A stretch of DNA of 64,000 nucleotides from Chlamydiales bacterium (lineage in GTDB: Bacteria; Chlamydiota; Chlamydiia; Chlamydiales; JAAZZY01), in the NCBI GenBank assembly GCA_965206695.1, contig CBDBKM010000011.1:96001-160000 (forward strand), given 5' to 3'. Shown one piece after another: positions 33,695 to 44,048 of this stretch. The first letter of the stretch is position 1. Each line of letters opens with the position of its first letter. The translations under genes and the position numbers were made by a program. The notes beneath the pieces are model-generated. The model saw nothing but the letters and a program-made list of their open reading frames with translations. It searched no databases and was not told where the DNA came from.

Positions 33695-35628
33695 CGGAAT
33701 TGCACACATTAGGGTTTTATAAAATATAGAAATAGTATATAATTTATGCTCATGTTAATTTAATTGAGTATAAAAGTGAATATCATACAGATAATGAGCA
33801 AGTTTGCGACGCAAAAACAATGTATTAAATTCCTTGAGAAAAAACGATGGGGTAATAGGCCTAAATGTGTTTATTGTCATTCTGAGCATACATATAAAGC
33901 TTTAGAAAGGGAAAGACACCACTGCAATAAATGTTACAGATCTTTCAGTGTGACAGTAGGAACAATCTTTCACCACACCCATGTTCCATTGCAAAAATGG
34001 TTTCTTTTAATATCACTTATGCTGAATGCAAAAAAAGGACTGTCTGCTTGCCAAGCTGCTCGAGACTTAGGAATGAGACGAACTACAGTATGGTCAATGA
34101 TGCATCGAATCAGAAAAGCTATGAAAACAAGCGATGTAAACCTTTTAAAGGGAATTGTAGAAGCGGATGAAACCTATATTGGTGGAAAGCCTAGAAAGAA
34201 CAATAATTCTGATGATAATCTTCCAAAAAATAAGCGTGATAGAGGGACTAAGAAGGAGTGTGTTATAGGTATTGTAGAAAGAAACGGCTCAGTGGTAGCG
34301 CATCATCGGAAAGGAGATAAAAAATTGGACTTCAATTCACTAAAGAAATTCATTCTCGGAAATATTGACATAACTTCAACCGGACTAATGACAGATGACT
34401 TTTTGGGGTACAAATCTTTTTCAAAAATAATCAACCACAAGACAGTAAATCACGGCCAAAAGCAATATGTTTGTGAGGATGCTCACACTAATACCATTGA
34501 AAGTTTTTGGGCAATACTTAAGGAGAGGGGTTAAAGGACAATTTCATCATGTGAGCGTAAAGTATTTGCATAGATATCCGGATGAATTTTGTTGGAGGTT
34601 TAATAATAAAGAAAAAGACAGCATCTTTGATGTGCTATTAACTAACGGTGGGAATATAGTCATTTAATTTTACATTGATAAGATTGCTTGATCAATGGCG
34701 AATTTAAATTCGTAACTTTTCGTAATATTTCTCTAACTTTATTTTTCATATTAGCCCAATATTTTTCTATAGGATTTAAGTCCGGAGAATAGGGAGGAAG
34801 AAACATAAGCTTACAACCGGCAGATTCTACTGTTTTCCTGCTTTCCGCTGATTTGTGAAAACCGGCATTGTCAAGAATAAGAACACTACCGGGTGTAAGC
34901 TGAGGAGTCAAAACTTCCTTAAGCCAAATATTGAATAACCCGGTATTACAAGTACCTTCAAAACACATTGGAGATAAAAACTGCCCTTTAGATAGGGCTG
35001 AAATAATATTTTGCCTTATAAAGCGGTTTCCTGAAACCGCTCCAAAAACTTTTTTGCCGCGTAAGCTTCTTCCGGACTCACGAAATAAAAATTGATGAAT
35101 CCCGGTTTCATCGAGATAAATTCTCTTGTCAAAGGGAATATTTTTTAAATCTTTCATAAAAGCTTCCCGTTTCTTTTCATCTCTTTCCTTATAGCGAGTA
35201 GTTTTTTTTTTCGTGTAATTTTTAATCTTTTAAGGGCATAAAAAATCGTTTGCGGAGTGACTGAAAAATAATCAGCAATTTCCGATAAAAAATAATCCGG
35301 ATGTTTTTCTACATATTTAGATAACAACTCATCATCTAATTTCTTATAAGCATATTTTCTGCGGATTGGCTTTAAATGTCCTTTTTGCTTTTTTTGCAAG
35401 ATCCATCGATATATTGTTGCGATACCTACTTGAAAAATATGGCCGGCTGTTTTTTTATCATGATGTTTTTCTATATGTTGTAATACTTTCTCTCGAAGAT
35501 CTACTGAATAGGCTCTAGGCATTGTTTTATCCTTACTGTTTGTATAAAAAAAGAAGGATAACATATTATCAAATAAAAATTAAAGTACTATAAATACTTT
35601 TAATAAAACCCTAATGTGTGCAATTCCG
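33695..35628 (+). mobile_element. IS1595-family element, copy 1 (transposase from 33764, frameshift near 34525; passenger region replaced by IS630)
   Basis: Zinc ribbon RWGNRPKCVYC, EADETY, MTDD and HTNTIESFW motifs; IRs at 33695 and 35628. Confidence 0.9.
34657..35590 (-). mobile_element. IS630 type A, copy 4
   Basis: Type A ends; ORFs 35154..35564 and 34660..35157. Confidence 0.95.
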
Positions 35629-35802
35629 TAATTCTTTTGTACATTTACGTAATGGCATATCTTTTCAAACCAAAATAAAAAGCAGTATAGACAAATTAAG
35701 GAAATGACTTAAATAAAAAATTCAACCTCTCATTTCTTCAACGCGAAACTCCTGTAAGATAGGCATCCCGATATTCTTACATGAAAAATAAAATTTAAAA
35801 CA

Positions 35803-36525
35803 TTATACGTTGTCTACAAGGAGCTCTTCCCCCTTATAGATATCTCTATTAGCTACATAAAAATTTATATTTTCATCAAAAATGACTACAGATATATTAT
35901 TTTCTCCTAACTGAGCGGAATTTATCCAGTCAAAGTCATACTCATTTATCCCGCTAAATTCATTTTCCGAATTGGATTCATCAACAACACGACCTGAATA
36001 AGGGCCTAAAACTTCGAATGCTTTAATATCTCTTGTTGCACAGGCAGAACATAGGCTATCCCGCCCGATCCCTATAGGAATAATAAGATCATAAATAGCA
36101 TTCAAACGATTTTTATATTCTATTATATTCTTGTTTCTTAGTAGTAACCACTCACTCATGCTGTCCCTTATTGTATCCTGAAGGTTCTCTTTTTTTGAAG
36201 TAATTGAACCGTACAGATACCTATTGAGGTCACCCCAGTTGCTATCGAGGGGACCCCATTTAATGCTTCTTTTAATGCTTCTTTTAGACATAGGCTGTCT
36301 GCATAAAACACAATCTGCATCTGCCTTTTCTGGTTGATTGTCTGCCCATATGGAAATACATTTTAGATGTATTGGGTGAAGGTTTCCTTGTTTTTGAGTA
36401 TGCTCAACGTATTTACTATCGTAGTCATGCTCCTGCTCAACGTATTTACTATCGTAGTCATGCTCCTGACATATAGGACATACATAGTTTTCTGGTATAT
36501 TTTGAGAAAATTGTATAGTACTCAT
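35803..36525 (-). CDS. Eukaryote-like RING-finger + SET-domain fusion protein (possibly decaying)
   Basis: CPIC...HPIHLKC...W...CVLC RING-like pattern; ATRDIKAFEVLGPYSG, INSA...NN and FYVANRDIYKGEELLVD SET motifs. Confidence 0.7.
   Translation of the reverse strand: MSTIQFSQNIPENYVCPICQEHDYDSKYVEQEHDYDSKYVEHTQKQGNLHPIHLKCISIWADNQPEKADADCVLCRQPMSKRSIKRSIKWGPLDSNWGDLNRYLYGSITSKKENLQDTIRDSMSEWLLLRNKNIIEYKNRLNAIYDLIIPIGIGRDSLCSACATRDIKAFEVLGPYSGRVVDESNSENEFSGINEYDFDWINSAQLGENNISVVIFDENINFYVANRDIYKGEELLVDNV
36401..36468. repeat. 33-bp perfect tandem duplication (QEHDYDSKYVE x2) inside the RING loop
   Basis: TGCTCAACGTATTTACTATCGTAGTCATGCTCC occurs twice. Confidence 0.95.
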
Positions 36526-36819
36526 TTTTTTATCTTTTATTTAATATGAACTGACTTGCGAATATATTATAAATAATACTTATTAATTTAATATAAAGAT
36601 GTTCACTATATTAAAATTAATTATAAATATGGTTTTATTTAGTATATGAATGACGGATAATTTTCCCTGCTGAAAAAAGATATCTTACGGAATTGCTTAG
36701 GAAAATAGATTTGATCTTATGATTTTTCAGAATCTGTTTTGAAGTCTATCCTTATTCAAGCTGTAAAACACCTCAAAATGTTCCTTAATACACCTGTATT
36801 GAACATTCAGACCATCACT

Positions 36820-37016
36820 AATACCCCCCCTACGTTTACACTTTAAAAATTCTCTAAGGAATCCTGGTGTGGTTCAACACTTCTTTTTTACGTGTTAGCA
36901 TATAATCTACTGCTTTACCAAGCATATCTAGTAAATCCAATTTGGGTACCTTGGATTTTTTTCGGTTGTAAGTAAATATTTCAATAAATATGCTAGATTG
37001 AAATTGAGAGTTTACA
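36820..37016 (-). pseudogene. Possible IS66 transposase scrap
   Basis: MLGKAVDYML motif and GTAAAC-type end-like sequences. Confidence 0.3.
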
Positions 37017-37056
37017 CTCCAAATTTTGCCATGGTTCTCAAAAAATGAGGCAATAA

Positions 37057-38113
37057 AGACCTCTGCATAACTTTTGCAACCCCATGGATTTTAGTTAGTA
37101 ATAGGTTAATATAGAGAAAATTGGTTTTAAAAAGAGCTATTTTAAGAGAATTTATGAGTAGAATACCTCATTCTAATAAATACTTGATAGATGAAGCCCT
37201 GCATATCCATCTAGATAGTGTCGTCATAAAATAGCTCCCCGGAGAGCAATACAGCGAATATGGACGGCAGCTAAAAATGATGCTGTATTTTTGGCATACC
37301 GAGTAGAAATACCTCGCCATCGTTTCAAATGCAGAAAAGCATTTTCTACAAGATGCCTCAATTTATACAGGTCTCGATCATGGATACGTTGCTCTTTGCG
37401 ATTTTTCTTTGAAGGGTACCGGTACCATACCTTTCCCTTGAGCTTCTTCAATAATACCATTGCTGTCATAACCAACGATCTGAAAGGAGATATTTCGCAT
37501 CTAATCCCTCTATTAAAGCAATCGCTTGAGTACAGTCCCTGCTGTGGTATCCTCCGTAATAATAGCTCTAATCAGCATGCCATGCGCATCCACGGCCAAA
37601 TGTAATTTCGTGTTGAGCCCCCTTTTGTGCGACTCATATGTTGGTTACCCCTTTTGCTCCTGCTGCATGTGGATGAACTTTGCAGTGAGATGCATTTATC
37701 ATTAACCACTCATAATCAGGTTCTTCAATTACAATTTCCAATAAACACTCCCAAAGCCCTTTATCTCTCCATCGACAGAATCGCCTGTGAGTATTTTTCC
37801 AATCACCATAGTCTAGAGGGTAAATCACGCCATGGAGCTCCTCTTCTAAGAATCCAAAATATAGCGTTAATAAAAAGACGGTTATCTTTTGCAATAGCTC
37901 CCTAACCTCCTTTTCTACCCGGAAGATGAGGTTCTGGCTTTATCCAAAGTGCATCAGAAATATCATGTTGTCTATGTATTGGAATGCTCATAATAATCTC
38001 CTGTTTCAATAAAAAGGATATCATAGTTGAAAATTTAAGACGACACCATCTAATTTAAAATATGGAAATATTATTGCAAATTTTTAAAAAATATGGAAGT
38101 TATTCAGGGGTCT
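37057..38113. mobile_element. MITE of the AGACCTCTGCATAACT family (about 218 bp), interrupted by an IS5
   Basis: AGACCTCTGCATAACTT...AAGTTATTCAGGGGTCT. Confidence 0.65.
37214..38050 (-). mobile_element. IS5-family (IS427-like) element, degraded
   Basis: IR GATAGTGTCGTC/GACGACACCATC with TA flanks; YGDWKNTHRRFCRWRDKG and RHLVENAFLHLKRWRGISTRY motifs. Confidence 0.88.
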
Positions 38114-38127
38114 TAATCAAATGAAAT

Positions 38128-38297
38128 AGGTCATCCGGATATTTTACATGAAAAATAAAATTTAAAACACTATATGTGGATAGTGTTGGTAAGTTAAACG
38201 AATACACAATCAGAAAATATATACAAAATCAGAAAAACAAATAGACGCTATCATCCCACATCTAAAAAAGTGGGTTTTTTCGCTTAATTGTCATAAA
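38128..38297 (+). pseudogene. tnpA: IS200 tnpA 3' relic with right-end hairpin
   Basis: YVDSVGKLNEYTIRKYIQNQKNK* then CCCACATCTAAAAAAGTGGG...TTGTCATAAA. Confidence 0.75.
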
Positions 38298-38428
38298 CAG
38301 ATTCCTCCAAAAGTGGAATACTCAATTTCTACGCTTGGAAAAACACTTATTCCAATTTTGCAGCAACTGGAAGAGTAGGGAAATACATATGTATTAAAAA
38401 AAACGGAATTGCACGCATTAGGGTTTTA

Positions 38429-38716
38429 TTAAAAGTATTTATAAAATAAAAACGTAATAATACCACCTACTATAGTTGAAACAGTACCCGAAAGGAAGAA
38501 TAGCCAAGAACTGTAATTAATATACCATTTCTTATCCTTTTTAGTTTTACATTTGTGAGTTCCATTTTTTTCTATAGCATCAAGGGCTATTTTTTCTATC
38601 TTATTTTGAACACATTCCATCTGAAGGCAAATATGAAAATGAGGTTTAATCGTTTCAGTCGATACAACATATGAGTTGAGGTCCGGAAGGTTGTCATTTT
38701 TGTGTGCTTTGCTCAT
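38429..38716 (-). CDS. Small protein with a C-terminal TM helix (IS1595 passenger)
   Basis: ATGA overlap with the ImmA-like gene; stop codon at the IR border; WLFFLSGTVSTIVGGIITFLFY. Confidence 0.65.
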   Translation of the reverse strand: MSKAHKNDNLPDLNSYVVSTETIKPHFHICLQMECVQNKIEKIALDAIEKNGTHKCKTKKDKKWYINYSSWLFFLSGTVSTIVGGIITFLFYKYF

Positions 38717-39172
38717 ATACCCTGATAATTCTTTTGTAAGTTTATTTTCCTAAATCCTATTACTGACTGCGAAGCTTTAAATATATTTGAAAGTTCTAAG
38801 TCTGACTCTTCAATCTTGTCTTTTAGCATGGAATCCGGAAGCAATAAATGAGCAGCGAAGGAATTAGCTTGAACTTCTAAAGCATCACATTCCTTTCCAA
38901 ATGGTTTTCTATCAAGGATGCTAACATCTTCATCTTCTCCTATTTCATTTTTGTGCATTATCCGGTGTTCTAACTCGTGTGCAACTGTAAAATTTTTTCT
39001 ATAAAAGCTATCGCTTCGGTTAATTAACATTCTTTTTTTTTCTAGATTAATATATCCGGAAATCATAATTTTCGGCTAGTTGAGTTATTAAGACAGGAGG
39101 TGAAAGAATAAAGTTATCTTGTATAACTTCCTCTGCTGCATTTTTTCCTATTAGTATGTCATTTTTTTTCAT
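38713..39172 (-). pseudogene. ImmA/IrrE (M78/DUF955) metallopeptidase, frameshifted near 39060 (IS1595 passenger)
   Basis: RKNFTVAHELEH (HExxH) and EVQANSFAAHLLLP motifs; N-terminus MKKNDILIGKNAAEEVI...PPV in another frame. Confidence 0.8.
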
Positions 39173-39175
39173 ATA

Positions 39176-40058
39176 TAGTGCTTTAACTTTTATTTGATAA
39201 TATGTTATCCTGCTCTTTTTATACGGATAGTAAGGATAAAACAATATATAGAAAAGCATCATGACAAGAAGCCGCCCGGCCATATTTTTCAAGTAGATAT
39301 CGCAACAGTATATCGATGGGTATTGCAAAAAAAACAAAAAAGACATTTAAAACCAATCAGTAGAAAGTATGCTTATAAGAAATTAGATGATGAGTTGTTA
39401 TCTAAATATGTAGAACAACATCCGGATTATTTTTTATCAGAAATTGTTAATTATTTTTCAGTCACTCCACAAACAATTTTTTATGCCCTTAAAAGATTAT
39501 ACGAAAAAAAAGACTACTCGCTATAAGGAAAGAGATGAAAAGAAACGGGAATCTTTTATGAAAGATTTAGAAAATATTCCTTTTGACAAGAGGATTTATC
39601 TCGATGAAACCGGGATTCATCAATTTTTATTTCGTAGGAACGGAAGAAGCTTACGCGGCAAAAAAGTTTTTGGAGCGGTTTCAGGAACCCGTGTTGTAAG
39701 GCAAAATATTATTTCAGCCCTGTCTAAAGGGCGGTTTTTGTCTCCAATGTGTTTTGAAGGTACTTGTGATACCGGGTTATTCAATATTTGGCTTAAGGAG
39801 GTTTTGACTCCTCACCTTACACCCGGAGCGTTCTTATTCTTGACAATACCGGCTTTCACAAGTCAACGGAAAGCAGAAAAATAGTAGAATTCGCCGGTTG
39901 TAAGCTTATGTTTCTTCCGCCCTATTCTCCGAACTTAAATCCTATAGAAAAATATTGGGCTAATATGAAAAATAAGGTGAGAGAGATATTGCGAAAAGTC
40001 ACGAATTTTACATTCGCTATTGATCCAGCAATTTTATCAATGTAAAATTAAATGACTA
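39176..40058 (+). mobile_element. IS630 type A, copy 5 (most diverged; internal deletion)
   Basis: Type A ends, many substitutions; flanked by a 99-bp direct duplication. Confidence 0.9.
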
Positions 40059-41373
40059 TAGCTGAGTTATTAAGACAGGAGGTGAAAGAATAAAGTTATC
40101 TTGTATAACTTCCTCTGCTGCATTTTTTCCTATTAATATGTCATTTTTTTTCATATATTCCCACCGTTAGTTAATAGCACATCAAAGATGCTGTCTTTTT
40201 CTTTATTATTAAACCTCCAACAAAATTCATCCGGATATCTATGCAAATACTTTACGCTCACATGATGAAATTGTCCTTTAACTCCTCTTCTTAAGTATTG
40301 CCCAAAAACTTTCAATGGTATTTAGTGTGAGCATCCTCACAAACATATTGCTTTTGGCCGTGATTTACTGTCTTGTGGTTGATTATTTTTGAAAAAGGTT
40401 TGTACCCCAAAAAGTCATCTGTCATTAGTCCGGTTGAAGTTATGTCAATATTTCCGAGAATGAATTTCTTTAGTGAATTGAAGTCTAATTTTTTATCTCC
40501 TTTCCGATGATGCGCTACCACTGAGCCGTTTCTTTCTACAATACCTATAACACACTCCTTCTTAGTCCCTCTATCACGCTTATTTTTTGGAAGATTATCA
40601 TCAGAATTATTGTTCTTTCCGGGCTTTCCACCAAATATAGGTTTCATCCGCTTCTACAATTCCCTTTAAAAGGTTTACATCGCTTGTTTTCATAGCTTTT
40701 CTGATTCGATGCATCATTGACCATACTGTAGTTCGTCTCATTCCTAAGTCTCGAGCAGCTTGGCAAGCAGACAGTCCTTTTTTTGCATTCAGGCATAAGT
40801 GATATTAAAAGAAACCATTTTTGCAATGGAACATGGGTGTGGTGAAAGATTGTTCCTACTGTCACACTGAAAGATCTGTAACATTTATTGCAGTGGTGTC
40901 TTTCCCTTTCTAAAGCTTTATATGTATGCTCAGAATGACAATAAACATATTTAGGCCTATTACCTCATCGTTTTTTCTCAAGAAATTTAATACATTGTTT
41001 TTGCGGCGCAAACTTGCTCATTATCTGTATGATATTCACTTTTATACTCAATTAAATTAACATGAGTATATAATTATATACTATTTCTATATTTTATAAA
41101 ACCCTAATGCGTGCAATTCCGTTATTTTTTTTAATTGGCGAAAAATTAATTTTATCCACTAAAATTTTTTTATTACAGTTTGTATATTGAAAAATTTTAA
41201 AACCGGTAAATGATGCAAACCCGATCGCTGTCAACAAAATTGAAAATAGAAAAAATATCCAAACAACATTTTTATGCATTTACAAACTCTTTGACTTTAT
41301 TAGCCTCCCGGAGATACTATCGTTTGCATTAATTAAGTTGAAACTATTTTTAGAACTCTTTATAAGGAAAGCA

Positions 41374-41670
41374 ATGGCCGAAAAAAAAGAAAAAAGCAAG
41401 AAAGTAAAGATCAGTACTGCTATAAAGCGAAATTTACAGAATGATAAGAAAAAGCTTTGTAATAAAATGTTCAAATCTCGAGTAAACACTGCTATACGTC
41501 AATTTAATGATCATGTTAAAGAGAAAAAAACAGAAGCTCTTTCTAATGACTTACGTGCCGTGTATAGCCTTATGGATAAAGGCGTGAAAAGAGGGATCTT
41601 TAAATTAAATAAAGCTAAACGTTATAAAGCACGTTTTACTGACATGGTAATTGACAGCTTCCAACCCTAA
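41374..41670 (+). CDS. rpsT: 30S ribosomal protein S20
   Basis: AIKRNLQNDKKKLCNKMFKSRVNTAIR...YSLMDKGVKRGIFKLNKAKRYK; AAGGA ribosome-binding site. Confidence 0.93.
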   Translation: MAEKKEKSKKVKISTAIKRNLQNDKKKLCNKMFKSRVNTAIRQFNDHVKEKKTEALSNDLRAVYSLMDKGVKRGIFKLNKAKRYKARFTDMVIDSFQP

Positions 41671-41673
41671 AGG

Positions 41674-42165
41674 GCTTGTCATTACCCACATTTTTTATTT
41701 TGTTAAAGAGGCTTCATAACTCATATATTGCAAACATTCCCGTCCTTTCCATAAGGTTTGTCGGCCGGGTTCTCCATAGCTATGCCTACCGATAAAACCT
41801 CCGAGGCGAGTTAAATGATGCCAAAATTCTTGTACCGTCAAACCTGCTGTTGAAAGATGATAATAAGAACAAAGTATCGTGATTAACGATTGAGGAATTT
41901 TTTCTCCGGCTAAACAGCCTTGTTTCTCTCTACTTATGGTTTTCAACCGTAACAAACGAACGGTAACTATAGAAAGAAATCCTAATAAAGCCAACAAGCC
42001 TTGAGAGCTTCTCATTTGTCTTTTTTCTATTTTACAACCTGTTTTTAAACACTTATGATATTCTTCTATAAGCCAACGCTTATTATACCCATCGATCTTT
42101 TTTAAAGCAGATTCCCGATCTTCTACCGCTAAATTAATAAATAATATCCTTATAGGGCCCAACTA
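41674..42165 (-). pseudogene. IS4-family (IS50/Tn5-like) transposase C-terminal relic with right end
   Basis: YNKRWLIEEYHKCLKTGC (YREK motif) and LGGFIGR...PG..TLWKG; end TGTGGGTAATGACAAG. Confidence 0.85.
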
Positions 42166-42261
42166 TCCATCAAAAATTTGTTTACCCATAATCAAAAAAT
42201 AATCTATTAATAAATTTTCTTTCTGCTATTCTAGCTTTTTAAAAAAGGCTGAAGGTAACTT

Positions 42262-43983
42262 ATGAAGGCTATTGTAACGCTGATTTGCACACTTGCTCTG
42301 ATCGCTTCATCTAATCTATTCACTTCATCATATCAAAACTGGCCTGAAAGGATATTAGAGCAAATGTCATTGCGAGAAAAGATCGGCCAACTATTTATGG
42401 TTGCTTTTTTCCCTGATAAAGATAACGTAGAAGAAATTGAATACCTGATTGAAGACTACCATATTGGAGGAGTCATGTTCATGACAGGTGACTCGAAACA
42501 ACAAATAGCCCTTACTAACCATTTTCAATTTTCTAGCCTCTATCCCTTACTTATTGGTCAAGATAATGAGTGGGGTTTATCCATGAGATTATCCGATGCT
42601 TTACGCTTTCCTCGTAATATGACTCTTGGGGCCATTCAAAATAATAACCTTATATATGAATTAGGAAAAGAGATTGGAAAAGAGTGTCGATTAGTTGGAG
42701 TAAGAATCAATTTTTCTCCTGTTGTAGATATCAATAGCAACCCTTCCAACCCGGTTATTAGCGATCGATCATTTGGAGAAAATAGTGAACAGGTAGCTAA
42801 AAAAGCCTATGAAATGATGAGGGGGCTACAAGAAAAAAATATAATCGCCTGTGCAAAACACTGGCCCGGTCATGGTGATACCCATCAAGATTCACATTTA
42901 CTATTACCAACCATAGATAAAAACTTTGAAGAATTACAAAAATGTGAGTGGTACCCTTTTCAGTATCTTATAGATAAAGGGATTCGATCTATTATGACAG
43001 CGCATTTATATCTCCCTGCTTTAGAAAATAATACCATTTGCCCGGCCTCTTTATCAGAGAATATTATTCAAAACATTTTAGTCCGTCAATTTGGGTTTAA
43101 TGAGCTCATTATTAGCGATGCCTTAAATGGCATGAAAGCGCTAACGGATAATTATGATCCGGGGGAGGCGGAGTTAAAAGCTCTTTTGGCAGGTACAGAT
43201 ATTCTTCTTTTTCCTCGCAGCATTCCTAAAGCTTGTCAAAAAATTATGTGCGCGGTGCAAGACGGAGTCCTATCAGAAAAACAGCTGGATCAGCATGTTT
43301 TAAAAATTCTAAAATCAAAAGAATGGGTAGGCTTACATCTCAACCGTGATGTTCAACCAAATCCGAACCTCCACTCAGAAAATGCCATCGCATTAAAAAA
43401 GAATTTATACTCTCAAGCCATTACCCTTGTTCAAAACAAAGACCACCTTCTACCCCTAAAGAAAAATAAAAAGATTGCTTATCTGCAAATTGGGAATGAG
43501 GTCGTAACAAATCGCACAATAGAAACAAATATCAAAGAAATTTCCTCGTTTGATAAGATACCCTCTGCGTTTTTTGAAACCTTAAACCACGTAAAAAAGA
43601 TGAACGCGTTTTTTCTTACTAAAGAATGCTCTGACGAAGAGATAACACAAACTTTAGAGCAGCTCAATAATTATGAGGTTGTTATCCTGGGTCTCTATGA
43701 AATGAATAAGTATGAAAAGAAAAACTTTGGTATCTCAGAACAATCTTTTCAAATAATTGAAAAGATTAACCAAGCAAAACCTCACGTCATTTTAACAATA
43801 TTTGGAAACCCCTATAGTCTAAAGTTTTTTGGATCTGAACAGGCGATTATACTCGCTTATGAAAATGATCCTGATGCCCAAATTGCCAGCGCTAATATTA
43901 TCTTTGGACAAAATAATCCTAGTGGAAAATTACCTGTGACAGCCTCCCCTCATTTTCCTGCCGGTAAAGGCTTTGACTTTTAA
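42262..43983 (+). CDS. nagZ: GH3 beta-N-acetylglucosaminidase (NagZ-like, with C-terminal domain)
   Basis: KHWPGHGDTHQDSH, IMTAH and IISDAL motifs; signal peptide. Confidence 0.85.
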   Translation: MKAIVTLICTLALIASSNLFTSSYQNWPERILEQMSLREKIGQLFMVAFFPDKDNVEEIEYLIEDYHIGGVMFMTGDSKQQIALTNHFQFSSLYPLLIGQDNEWGLSMRLSDALRFPRNMTLGAIQNNNLIYELGKEIGKECRLVGVRINFSPVVDINSNPSNPVISDRSFGENSEQVAKKAYEMMRGLQEKNIIACAKHWPGHGDTHQDSHLLLPTIDKNFEELQKCEWYPFQYLIDKGIRSIMTAHLYLPALENNTICPASLSENIIQNILVRQFGFNELIISDALNGMKALTDNYDPGEAELKALLAGTDILLFPRSIPKACQKIMCAVQDGVLSEKQLDQHVLKILKSKEWVGLHLNRDVQPNPNLHSENAIALKKNLYSQAITLVQNKDHLLPLKKNKKIAYLQIGNEVVTNRTIETNIKEISSFDKIPSAFFETLNHVKKMNAFFLTKECSDEEITQTLEQLNNYEVVILGLYEMNKYEKKNFGISEQSFQIIEKINQAKPHVILTIFGNPYSLKFFGSEQAIILAYENDPDAQIASANIIFGQNNPSGKLPVTASPHFPAGKGFDF

Positions 43984-44048
43984 AAGAGGTTATCTTTTAA
44001 ATCATAATCTATTATAATGATTGATAATATATTATTTTTTCATTTTTT

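Larger units (their letters stand above)
33695..41121. mobile_element. Composite transposon bounded by two inverted IS1595-family elements
   Basis: Outer ends CGGAATTGCAC(A/G)CATTAGGGTTTTAT; identical 8-bp TTATTTTT at 33687..33694 and 41122..41129. Confidence 0.88.
38404..41121 (-). mobile_element. IS1595-family transporter IS, copy 2 (frameshifted transposase + two passenger genes)
   Basis: IRs at 41121 and 38404; transposase homologous to the 33764 ORF; passengers linked by ATGA overlaps. Confidence 0.88.
33398..41279 (-). pseudogene. Two-TM membrane protein (DUF3592-like, 148 aa), split by the composite transposon
   Basis: 41279..41122 joined to 33686..33398 gives 447 nt in frame: MHKNVVWIFF...FSPIKKNNNRYLLQASYSYTIN...VWYSSKHPQKAQL...*. 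Confidence 0.8.

Noticed and set aside
33398..33709. Stand-alone 103-aa and 61-aa (41094..41279) genes
   Set aside because: They are two halves of one gene split by the composite transposon; their extra termini come from the IS1595 IRs.
39047..39346. 99-aa minus-strand ORF
   Set aside because: Chimera of IS630 antisense sequence and the true ImmA-like N-terminus (MKKND...).
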